Shown one piece after another: positions 1 through 11,040 of a stretch of 64,000 bases of DNA (the stretch's first letter is position 1; each line of letters begins with the position of its first letter). The notes below the pieces were generated by a model. It ran no database searches. It saw only the letters and a list, made by a program, of their open reading frames with translations, and was not told the DNA's origin. The translations under genes were made by a program, and so were the position numbers. Origin of the DNA: the human T2T-CHM13v2.0 reference genome, Homo sapiens; assembly GCF_009914755.1 (NCBI RefSeq), contig NC_060927.1. The stretch is one strand, 5' to 3'.

Positions 1-142
1 CGTGCCACCATGCCTGGCTCATTTTTGTATTTTTAGTAGAGATGGGGTTTCACCATGTTGCTCAGGCTGGTCTCGAACTCCTGGCTTCATGATCCACTCG
101 CCTCAGCCTCCCAAAGCGCTGGGATTACAGGCATGAGCCACC
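1..142 (-). mobile_element. AluS left-arm fragment (cut by window edge)
   Basis: TTTTTGTATTTTTAGTAGAGATGGGG...GGGATTACAGGCATGAGCCAC. Confidence 0.9.
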
Positions 143-376
143 TCTGTTCTCATAATGGTGCATAAGTCTCACAAGATCTGATGGTTTAAAAAGGGAAGTT
201 TCCCTGCACAAGCTCTCTTCTCTTGTCTGCCACCATGTGAGACATGAGTTTCACCTTCTGCCATGATTGTGACGCTTCCCCAGTCACACAGAACTATAAG
301 TCCATTAAACCTTTCTTTTGTTAATTGCCTAGTCTGGTGTACATCTTTATTAGCAGCATAAAAATGGACTAATACA
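143..376 (+). mobile_element. THE1-type MaLR LTR, 3' part
   Basis: GATCTGATGGTTT...CTATAAGTCCATTAAACC...ATGGACTAATACA terminus. Confidence 0.85.
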
Positions 377-1735
377 GTGGGGAAGTAACTTGTTATAGAT
401 TATATAACCTACAATTTCCAGGCCCTTGAACCCAGATATTCTTCCTCCTCATGCACCCTGTCTTTATTAAACCCTCTTGAAACCACAAACATATATCAAG
501 CCCAGGTTACAGGCCATGAACAGTGGGAGACACATTACATGCATTCCCTCACCACAACCTCACGAGACAAGCAGTAGTATCCCCATTTCTCTGATGAGAA
601 AAATCAAGGCTCAAAAATATTAACTCATTTGCCCAAGGCCATTCAGCTAGTAAGAGACAAAGCCAAATCTACAATTCCAACAATGTCTTCAAAGCCAGTC
701 CCTTTAACCACTCGGCTATAATCCTTTCATTTAAACCCTTACAAGCTTCATAGAAGTTTCTGTGACACTGGCTAGAAATATACATTTCCCCCAGAGATCG
801 TTCCCCATGACTCTCCCATACACAGGCAGGTTCAACCCCTTTGATCTCAAAAAGCGCAAGATCTGGAAGTCATTCCCATTAGGGAATGCTTCCTCTCTCC
901 ATAGGGAAATCCCTCTGGGGTACTCATTAATCACATGGTTAAAGGATAACCTTTGAGTTTTTTGAACCAAGAAACCACGAAATAACAAATTTATTAGGCT
1001 CTCACTCATCCCAACAACCTTAAACTACAGAGGCATTAGGACGAATGACAACCTTTCAACAGAATGTGGGTATCGCTTTCATGGTTAAAAACAAATAAAA
1101 TGTATTTTGAACAAAAGATGACTGACATCAGTGCTCTGTGTTTTCTCAGTAGTCATCAAGCACAAATTGTCACTCGGGGTGATTAAACAAGGATTAATTA
1201 CCAGGTTGCTATACAAGTTGAGATGTTTCAAAGTTGCAGCCCAAAGAGCACATAAATGTACTCAAATTTTTAAAAGAATACGGGTGCAAATTGGCACCAT
1301 CTTTTCAGAGGACAATTTGTCAAGAGCGCTTAAAATTTTAAATGTTAACCTCCTCCCACCTAGTAAGTCCAATTATACCACAGAAGCATAAAATTGGGTA
1401 AAAACACACAGGCATGTTGTAGCATGAGAAAAGCTATCATTATATGATATATAATTAGGAACAATGGAAAACAACCAACGTGGTCATGAAGGGAGAAATT
1501 TTGACTCAATCATAATCCATAGAATGGATTCGGAAAACTAATAAATACATTAGATGTTTTTGGCTTTTATATACTGACATGGAAAAATGTCCAGAAAGTA
1601 TTTCTAAGTACGAAAAAAGTAAGCTATAAAAGGCAATATGTAGAATGTGTATTTTCTGTTAAAGCAATATTAATAAATAATCTGAATGAACCTAAGGAAA
1701 TAATATCAGCCTATAAACAACATATATCTTTAGCT

Positions 1736-2063
1736 TAGGGGTGAGCAAACTGATTCTGTATAGAGCCAGATAGTAAATACTTTCAGTTTTGCAGGCCATA
1801 AGGGCTGTCTCAACTACTCTGCTACTGCAAAAGCAGCCTCAGATGTTACTAAATGAACAGGCATGGCTGTGTTCCAATGAAACTTTATTTATGGACTCTG
1901 AAATTGAAATTTTGTATCATTTTTACATGCTACAAAAATGTTACTCTTCTTTTGATTTTTTTTTCAACGATTTAAAAATATGAAAACCCTTCTTAGCTAG
2001 CAGGCCATACAAAACAGGTAGCAGGCTAATTTTGTCCCACAGGCTGCAGCTTGCCAACCCCTG
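1736..2063. mobile_element. MER58B-like hAT-Charlie MITE
   Basis: TIR-like ends (t)AGGGGTGAGCAAAC / GCTTGCCAACCCCTG and a typical internal sequence. Confidence 0.8.
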
Positions 2064-3098
2064 GTCTAGAAGGTATGAAAAAGAAGGGGTTCCTCCTCTA
2101 TGATATGTATTTTTTAATTTCTGCACATGTGTGAGATATTTTAATATCTTTTAAAATAGTTATGTCTATTTCCAAAAACAGGTAATAATACAGATATACT
2201 GGCATAAACTGATATATTTCCTGTAGAGAAAAAAACCCTGTAAGGTATTTCAACTTCTATCAGGGGTATTATTAAATGCCAATGACATAAAGTGAGCCAA
2301 CCTGCAACCTTCTTATCAGCTAAGTATCTTTCCCTGCCTTGATGTTAGGAATAACTCAATCTATGCTTCCCCCCACCCCCACCCCCTAAAACGCCTTTCC
2401 TTGTTTTCCATTTCTTGGCATGTCAGTGACTGAGGCAGAGTGTTTTTCCTCTCCAAGCAAAATAATCAGTGGGAACCCATTTCTTAGCCAAATTACAATC
2501 CATTAAAGGAAACCAGGCCGGCATCACCCCGAATTGCTGCCTCAGTCATCAATCAACACAATCGCCCAGGCAACTAAGGAGGGAGGCTTTTCAAGTCGCA
2601 GTCTTGGCTAGCCCAGTGAGTGCTGCCTCTGCAGCAACTGCATCCCGGCCAAAGCATCCCGGCTGGAAAGGCAGCCGTTGTCTGGAGACAAACAACTCTG
2701 CATAATTATAATGATCTCACAACACTACCCCTGCACTGGGCATTCCATGTCAGTTGCCCATGAAAGTGGGACTCCAGGAGGCTTGTTAGGAAAGCCCATC
2801 TTTTAATGCTCAAGTTGAATCTACATTTATCAGCAAAGCTGAAACGTTAAAGGGATTACAAGGGGCTTAGAATCCACTGGAGGTTCATTGATCTTGTCTT
2901 GCAAGGCTCATCTCCACACGCCCTTTAGAAAATGCTTTGGTCTGTTCCCTAGCTCTTTGGTTGCCTTTGATTTTACCACCATTCTCATCTGAGTTGGAGG
3001 GGGTGTTTCCTCTAGCCCTGATTCCAAAAGATTCTCAGATCCCTATATTCTAAACTAAGAGAAGCTATTTGCATGTTCCCCTAGGTAGTGATACAGAC

Positions 3099-3490
3099 CA
3101 GGGGTCAGCAAATATTTTCTGTAAAGATCCAGATACTAAATATTTTAGGTTTTCTGGGCTATACAATCTCGGCTGCAGCTACTTAAGTCTGCCACTGCAG
3201 CACGAAAACCTGCTCATTCAGGATTTGCAAGCTCCAATCACTTCCAGTCCCTGACAGGTAACCTAAATATCTGAGCCACAGATAAGATGTAAGTAAATGA
3301 GTATGACTTTGTTCAGATAACACTTTTTTCTGGGTACCAAAATCTGAATTTCATGTAATTTTCATATGTTGTGAAATATTACATTCTTCTTTTGATTTTT
3401 TCCCCAACCATCTAAAAATGTAACTCATGAGCCATACAAAACAGGAAAAGGGTCACATTGGGCCAGCAGGCTGTATTTTACTGACACCAG
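3099..3490. mobile_element. MER58B-like MITE carrying a 64-bp foreign insert
   Basis: CAGGGGTCAGCAAAT start; collinear with the 1736-2063 copy except for 3211-3274. Confidence 0.8.
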
Positions 3491-3495
3491 TCTAG

Positions 3496-3870
3496 AGCTT
3501 TGCTATTCAAAGTGTGGTCCCTCAACCAGCTTCACAGCATCATCTTAAAGCTTGGTAGAAATGTAAAATCTCAGGCCCCACCTCAAATCTGTAGAATCAG
3601 AATCTGAATTTTGAACAAGAGCCCTCAGTAATTTGTATGCAAGTTTCAGAAGTCCCGGCCCAGAACACAGACTTCTGAAGTCAGATAGGGACAAAATACC
3701 ATTAAGCAGTTGGCTGTGTAACCACAGGCAAATTACTTAACTCCTCTGAGACTCAGTTTCCTTACCTGTTAAAATGGATGTAAATAACTGCACTTACCTT
3801 CTAGGGCTGTCATGAATGATAAGGTGGAAAAGATGTAAAACACTTTCCTGGCATTGTCAAGCTTTAAAAT
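3496..3870. mobile_element. MER5A-like MITE followed by a MIR
   Basis: CAAAGTGTGGTCC...AGAATCAGAATCTG (MER5), then the MIR core GGCAAATTACTTAACTCCTCTGAGACTCAGTTTCC; boundaries approximate. Confidence 0.7.
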
Positions 3871-6800
3871 GGTAGCTGATAGAGAAGCTTACTTTCTCTT
3901 TGGGGGAGATGAGATTGCTCATTCAGGATTTGCAAGCTTCAATCACTTCCAGTCCCTGACAGGTAACCTAAATATTTGAAGAGTTCCCTGAACTCAACTA
4001 GATTGCTGGAGAGGATGGTGAACTGAGGTCACGCCCATCTAAGGGGCAACTACTCAGCTCCTGCCAGATACTGTCGGAAATGCAGGAAAGTAGCCCTAAT
4101 GTTACCTGGTCTTTGGATTTTTCAACAGAAGCCGGAAACCTGGGTTTATGTTAGAAAAAGCCTCCTTCTTTAATATGTTGCATGGATCAAACGAAACCTA
4201 TCTGCAAGCTGGATTTGACTCAAGGGCTTCCAGTTTGTGAGCACTGCTTTAGAGCAAGTAACAAGAGGCAGTGACTCACAAGAAAATGAGCCAAATTTGG
4301 TTTGGAGCCAAATCCCAGCAGCATTCTCCCTAGCCAGGTGACCTTGGGTTAAGTTACTTAACAACCCTCAGCCTCAGTTTTCTCACCAGGAAAATAATCA
4401 CATCTATTTTATAGGGTTTAGTGAGGATTACATTAAAATGTATGTAAAACACGGAAGCATGATCCCGGACAAAGCAAGCACTCGTTCTTATTGCTGATGC
4501 TGTTTTGGTATTACTGTAATTATTACTATTATTATCCATCAGTTCTTGGTATGTAGATACGCAAATCTTCACTGTAAAAATGGCTATTTTTCTCTCCGTG
4601 TTCAAACTGGTTGCAAACAAGCAAGGCCAATTAACCCCCACTCAGAAAGCTATCTTGTAGCAGGGTAAGCTAAGTGCTTAGTTATTAATGATTTTGTTCT
4701 GGCTGCAGTCCATGAAGATACCCTAATCTTCCTTAATGAAAATTTCCTCAGCAGCCCAGCCCTGCAGAGTCTCCCCTAGGCCACCCTGAAGTGATGTTTC
4801 TTCCAGGATAGGTCACCTGCAGGGAGCACCCTGCAGTGGCCACCTTTGCTCCCCAGCTGCCTTACATCAGGTGGAGGAGAAAGGTCCTGCTGACAATTGT
4901 GAGACCTTTGTACTCTAAGACCCATAAATACCTGTGTCTTGGAGGTTTTTGGTTTTTTTGTTTTTGTTCTTTTTAGAAATTCTAAAAAACCCCACATTTG
5001 CTACCTAAAAGTGTGGGTGACAACAAAAATGTAAAGGGTATATGATCACTCAAGAAAATCCCCATAAAATATACAAGACTTCAACAGGACCATGGGCATC
5101 TTTCCTGACACAGAGGAAGACTCGACGTAGGAAAAGTAATTTGCCATACACAGTGCTGGGTGTTTTAACTCAGTGCTTCTCAATCTTTAATGCGTAACAG
5201 CAGCAGCCAGGGATTTCGTTCAAGCTCAGGTTTGGATTGAGGAGGTCTGGGGCAGGGCCAGAGACTTTGCATTTCTAACAATCTCCCACGAGATGTTGAT
5301 GTTGCTGGTACCTGCACCAGGTGCGAACGAGCACAATACTCTTCCCTTGCTTCATTTAGGTCTCTGCTCAGATGTCACCTTCTCAGAGAATCCTTTCCTG
5401 ACTACTTTATCTAAAATGTGATTAGTGGAATAAGGGCAGGAATATTGTTTTGTTCTTTGCTGTGTCACCAGAGCACCTGGCGCAGAGCAAGCCCTCAAAT
5501 ATTTGTTCATTAGAGAGCTGCCAATTTGACAGGTGAGGAAGACGGAACTCAGGAAACCTAAGTCATTTGCTCAAGGTCACACAGCTTGCTAAAGCCATTG
5601 CAAATGCCAGCCCTGCTCTGTCTGGACTTCAAAGCCCCACCACGTCAGAGAGAAGCAAAGTTTGTTTACAACGTACTTCCTCCCTAGAACTTTAGTGCCG
5701 TCATGCCGGGAGGCAGTAACACAATTCTATCCTGTTTTTAAGAGATGCCTGCTGTGTGGACAAAGTACTGGAAGGGGACCAGAGAGGCCAGTGAAGGGGA
5801 TGATGTGGTGAACAAGGGCAACAAGTGATCATCTTAGGGTTCCTTGGTATTTGGGGTGAGAACAGTTCCGTTCTCCCTGGGTCAGACGAAAGGCAGCATT
5901 TGGCCTCTGTGTCAGGCCTGCCTTTTCTTCCTACCCAGGCCCAACTCTCTCTCCCAGGGGCTCATGCTTGCCCCAGTGAGAGGGGTGTAAAGTGGGTTTC
6001 AAACTGCCAAAAAGAAGACCGTGCTGTGTAACCCAGAAATAGTTGTCTCTCTTCTCCGAAAGGTCACCCAAAAGTATGCCCATGGGGAAAAGGAGGGGAT
6101 AAGAGCAAGCAGCTGCTGCCTTCCCAGCAATGGCTGGAAGTGCCATAAAAACCCTATTCATGGAGCCAAAGTGGTCTTTCTGCTGGGGTAGGGCAATTGC
6201 TTCAGTATGAAAATCTGTAAAGCCTGTTGAAATGGTCTCTTTCCAAAAGAATAGTTCCATAATGGGCTGAAAATAAAACACTTGTTTTCCCTTTGCAAAA
6301 TCAGCTAGATTAAAACAGCTTAAAATTCTTCAAAAGGCTGTGATCATGAAGGTCTAGAGTGGCCCTGGACCCCTAGGATCCCCAGATACACTAGTTATGT
6401 CCCCTCCTGAGCAGTGGTTGAGGGGATGCTAAAAATCATTAACAAAATTAGCAAATATTTATGATATGCCTGGGACTGGACAAAGCATGTGTTTTTCAAG
6501 ATCTCATTTAATCTCTACAATCATGCTCTGCATTAAATGCCATTATTATGCCCACTTAACAGTAGGGAAACTGGGAACTAGGGAGAGTAGTGACAGACAG
6601 GTGATCAGGGATCACACAGTGAAGGAGAGAAGTCAGGCTACACACCCACCCTGCGCCACTGCCCCACAAAGCCCCTGTTCAGAAGTTGACCCAAGGGCTG
6701 CAGAGTAGGGGAGGAAAGGAAAGTTGGAAATCACTTACTCTGCTGTTCATTACTCTGCCTCTCCCACCCCCACTAGAGCACAAGATGCATCAGAAAGGAA

Positions 6801-8068
6801 GCACTCAGTAGTTTTGTCATGCTGGATTTGGTTTACAAAATAAGGCTTCTACACCTACTCTCATTTTTTCACCCAGGTTCATATTTGGGACAAACAAGGG
6901 GCTGGGCTACAGCACACCTATTTGGGCTACCACATCGGTACCACTGATGAATGTCTATGTCTGCCAATTACATATTTATAAGGTCGCCCGCCTTGACTCT
7001 GACACAGAAGTTATTAAATGCTCGGGAGCCATAAGGGTTGCGCTCAGTGCCCTGAAACAAAGGCAAAGAGGCTGCCAGACCCATCTGAAGCAGGAACAAA
7101 AGCATTTAATTTCTGAAGGAGCTGGTTGGGAGTTTTCTTATAACTGGGTGCCCAGCACACATTACAAATGGGGAAAAGTAGAGATGCACTAATGCGGTGG
7201 GGGTGGGGGGCGGGGGGCGGGGTGTGGAATCAAAGCAGGCTTTTCTGCCTAGCATCCAGAAAAAGCCCTCTTCATAAGCAGCTTGAGTGGTGGAGAAAGG
7301 GGGAAAGATGCGCTAATCCAAGAGAGAATGTGTTATGATATTGCACAATTTTCTCCTGTCACCAGTTTTTCCTTTTTATGAAGACGCCAGGGAGGATTCA
7401 CCTTTTGCTTGAAACCAGCAAACTGACAGCTTGTAAGCCTGCACCCCAACTTTTCCCAACCAGAGCCCCAGCAGCCAGATGCATTGGGAGGGCAACCAGC
7501 TCCCTTGTCTCCCAAACGTAATCATTCCAATCCAAGCTGGGGCTGCCTGGAAGTCAACACTCAAGGCACATTTAATAAGAAACATCTGGCCGCCGCAGAG
7601 GGTTGACACGGCCCAGGCGGGCAGCAATGGATTTGCGGTTGGGACCCAGAGTTACAGGCGCTGAATTAAAAACACAATTGGAAAACACCAGCTAGTCCAG
7701 GGAATCCTACACATACAGCACTGTGGCACTTGGCAACACTGCCTTGCCCAGGGTGAATTGTTTTGGAGTGAGTTACCTAGACACATAGTGCCCGTGCTAG
7801 GGATCCACAGTTCTCACATCAGTGAAACGCAGCCTTGAGCCCGGCTCTCCTGCATCTCCCAGTGTCTGGCCACCACTTCCACCTCCAATATTTGTAGCAG
7901 ATGTAGCTCCGCTCTTAAAGAAACAGCCTTTGCATTCTTTCCATGTGACTTACAAGTGAGATTTAAGGCGGAGGGGAATATATATATATCTATAGATATA
8001 TATATGTATGTATATTACATATTGCATATTTTATCTTGCTGTAGTGTTGTGCATTTACGGCTTCCTAC

Positions 8069-8154
8069 CTCCATTTATGCAAGGCGAACCCAGGGCACTG
8101 GTCACCACAGGCGTTACATGGCTGGCCTCGCTCTATCCGCCCCAGTCCGGTCAA
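8069..8154 (-). CDS. PRICKLE2: Second coding exon of the long PRICKLE2 isoform, LTGLGRIERGQPCNACGDQCPGFALHKW(R)
   Basis: Acceptor gtctttttgttttgaag|TTG and donor AG|GTAGGA; 86 nt, in frame with exon 1. The G-x-PC-xx-C-xxx-C-x-GF-xx-H-x-WR motif is the Testin/LMCD1/PRICKLE3 Cys-rich domain. The phase-2 end fits the recalled continuation (R)KICLHCKCPQEEH-MVTVM of PRICKLE2, which is outside the window. Confidence 0.9.
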
Positions 8155-8199
8155 CTTCAAAACAAAAAGACAACACACGCATGTCTCCACCACGGGGTC

Positions 8200-9400
8200 T
8201 CCCTCCACAGCCCCACTCGTGTCCCTGGCAGGATGGCCTGCCCCTCCCACCCCACCTCCTGTGATTTGAGCCAACTGCTCCTCTTCTGTATGGGGGACAC
8301 GGGGCGGGGCACTGCCAGTGCCCCAGGGGTGGTCTCCCGCCTGCTTGGGGAAGGGTGCGCGGACCCAGGCAGGTTGCCTCCGGCATGGGCACTACACCAC
8401 CACGAAATGACCACGGCTGGGGCTTTGTCTCCCCCAGACACCTTGGTCACGGGTTTCTAAGAAACAAAAGCAAGACCCTTCAGTTCCCTGGAGTCCGCAA
8501 GAAGCGAGCATCGGGCGCCCGCCCTAGACCGGGCTGGTGCTCCCGGAAAGGGGGCAGCAGAGGACACCCCAAAAGACGGCCCTAAAGTCCCCGCTAGAGC
8601 TCCAAGTGGCTGGACGCTGGAGCTTTGGTGCTGGGATTCCGATTTGCCCGGAGGGAGGGGGCTTTCCAGGGATCCCCCAGACTGTGACCCTGAGGGCCAC
8701 GGTTCGGGTCTCACTGTCGCCCAGCCGGGGGGTCGGAACTTAACCCCTCCCGCGCCTTGGAGCGCTCTCTCGCGCCCTGGACGCGCCCCGCCCGCGGGGC
8801 CGGCTTACCTGGGGCCACAGGTGCGCAGCCGCGGGGCGCAGTGGGGCTGCGCGCGGGCGCTCGCGGCCGGCTGGAGGTGCCCGGCGATCGGCCCCGCTCG
8901 AGCGGGGGACACTCACCGAGCGGCTGGAGAGTCTTTTCCGGGAGCTCCGGCTGAACATGGCCGGACGCCTCCTGCTCGCAGCGCCGTCCGTCGGTCCGTC
9001 CGCGCCGCGGCCGGGAGGGCGGGTAGCCTGGGCGGGCACCCTCGGCGGCCGCTGGCCTGGCTGTCTCCGCCTTGCAGTCCCCGGCTCGCTCCGGAGCGCA
9101 CGCCTACCCCTCCTCCCTTCCCTCTGCCTCTCCCTCCACGCCCGCAGGTCCCTCCCTCTCTCCCGGCATCCCCCCGCCCTCCCGGGTTCGCCCCGCGGTC
9201 CACCGGCTCTTCCCATCCCTCCCCCGCACCCGGCTGGGGCCACTTTCTCCCTTTCCCTGGCTTCTAGGCCCACTGGGCACAACTCCCGGCGCTTACCTGG
9301 TCCCGCCCCCGAAGGCTCGTCCCTCACCCTTGTCCCCAGCCTAGGGGCAGGGACCGTTTCACACCCCCCTGCCGCTGTAGCTGGGGTAGGGGAGTGGAGA
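8200..9400. promoter_or_regulatory. PRICKLE2: CpG island / distal PRICKLE2 promoter
   Basis: Very high GC and CpG density with GC boxes (CCCCGCCC), surrounding the first coding exon; boundaries approximate. Confidence 0.9.
8917..8958 (-). CDS. PRICKLE2: First coding exon of the long (Cys-rich N-terminus) PRICKLE2 isoform, MFSRSSRKRLSSRS
   Basis: ATG at 8958 in ccggccATG context inside a CpG island; 14 codons then TCG|GTGAGT donor (phase 0). Peptide parallels the recalled PRICKLE3 start MFARGSRRRRSGR. Confidence 0.85.
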
Positions 9401-9954
9401 TGGAAGGATGAGGGTTGAGTTTGTTTAAGGTATAATCCACATACAGTAAATTCACCCTTTTTTAGTGCACAGTTCTGCCAGTTTTGACAAATTCGTACAG
9501 ACCTGTAACCACCACCACAATCAAGCTATAGAACAGCGCTCTCACCCCCGAAAATGGATTATTTTAAAAGTTTGTACCATGCCTAGAATCTAGTGTTCAT
9601 TAGGTGTTGGGAGAGGAAGAGAAAGTGGAGGAGGAGGAGGAATTATGCCCCTATGTAATTGTACAATGCCTGGAATATAGTAGATGCTCATTAAGTAAGT
9701 GTTGATTCATTGCATTCAAGCTTTGAAGCCATTGCGCCTTTAGTGCCTTTTTTCCCATTACCTTTTCCATCACTTCCTAGTTGGTGATCTCCCCAAATTA
9801 ACCTCTTTGTGCCTCTGTCTCCTTATCGATAATAATTTTTTTAAATGATGTAACAAGAGTCCTTATTTCACACCATTGTTGAGAGAGCTGAGTTGGGGCA
9901 TGTTTAGTTATTATAACAGGCACAAACTCAGGCTCATTAAAGATTAGCTGTCAT

Positions 9955-10249
9955 GGCCTGGCATGGCTCACGCCTGTAATCCCAACACTTTCAGAGGGGG
10001 AGGCAGGACAATCTCTTGAGGCCAGGAGCTCCAGACCAGCTTGGGCAATCTGACTAGACCCATCTCTATAAAAAGTAAAAAATTAGCCAGTCATGGTGGT
10101 GTGCACTTGTAGTCCTAGCTGCTTGGTAAGCTGAGGCAGGAGGATCGCTGAAGCTCAGGAGTTTGAAGTTACAGTAAGCTATGATGGCCCCACTGCACTC
10201 CAGCCTGGGTGTTAGAGCAAGACCCTGTTTTTATAAAATAAATAAAAAT
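9955..10249 (+). mobile_element. AluJ
   Basis: Dimeric Alu with a perfect 15-bp TSD aaagattagctgtca (9939-9953, 10250-10264). Confidence 0.95.
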
Positions 10250-10805
10250 AAAGATTAGCTGTCAAACGTAGTAAGTCTGAGAGGTTCAGGCCACATGCCG
10301 GCTTATCATTGATGTTTCTACTCAAATACCACCTTCCCTGAGAGAACTTTCCTCGCCCCCGCTGTAACATCTCTCGTACTAATATGATCTCGCACACACT
10401 AATATAATGTGTAGCATCCATTGAAGTGATCTTGTTTGCTTATTTATTTGTCCTCACCCAAACTCAAGTTGCACAACAGAAAGGACATTGTCTTCTTGGT
10501 CTCAGTTGCCCTAGAGCCTGTAGCAATGCTTGCCTCTAGTAGGTTCTCTATAAATATTTCTTGAAAGAAGACGTTCTTCCCATTGTCAAAAAAGATAACT
10601 GTCCAAACTTAGTGTTTTACAGATGAGACACTGAACTTTGATGAAGAAAAGGTGTTTGCCTGGAGTGGCACAGCAAATGAGTGGCAAGGCCAAACCACCT
10701 ACACCCCAAATTCAAAAGAATAGGGGGCCACAACTCAGACACACCCAGTGTATCAGTGTCAGCTGATTGTCCTCATGCCTAGACAGTAAAGTTTGGTTTG
10801 GTTTC

Positions 10806-11040
10806 TGGGCCGGAATTAGGGTGAGGCAAAGAAGGCCTTTACTTTAGGAGCAAAATGTACTGGGATGCTAAGAAACTCAGTAACCAAGATAAACCATGTT
10901 TTTATTCAATATTCTAAAGAATCAAAGTTAACAGCAAAAAAAACTCCATGATGAACAGAATATCATTTTAAACAAAGACAGGATTCTACCCCATGCTTAT
11001 ATAACCCTGCCTCACTCACCTTATCTTAGTCCTGGCCCTG
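10806..11040. mobile_element. MER96B-like hAT MITE
   Basis: GGGCCGGAATTAGGGTGAGGC start and CTTAGTCCTGGCCCTG inverted end. Confidence 0.65.

Noticed and set aside
3760-3800. Recursive-splice-like ttttaacag|GTAAGG on the minus strand in the long intron
   Set aside because: Lies in a MIR core that commonly yields such motifs; weak pyrimidine tract and no other support.
8008-9418. Long plus-strand ORFs over the CpG island (150-207 aa)
   Set aside because: Low-complexity Pro/Arg/Gly/Ala sequence expected from stop-poor GC-rich DNA; no domain recognised.
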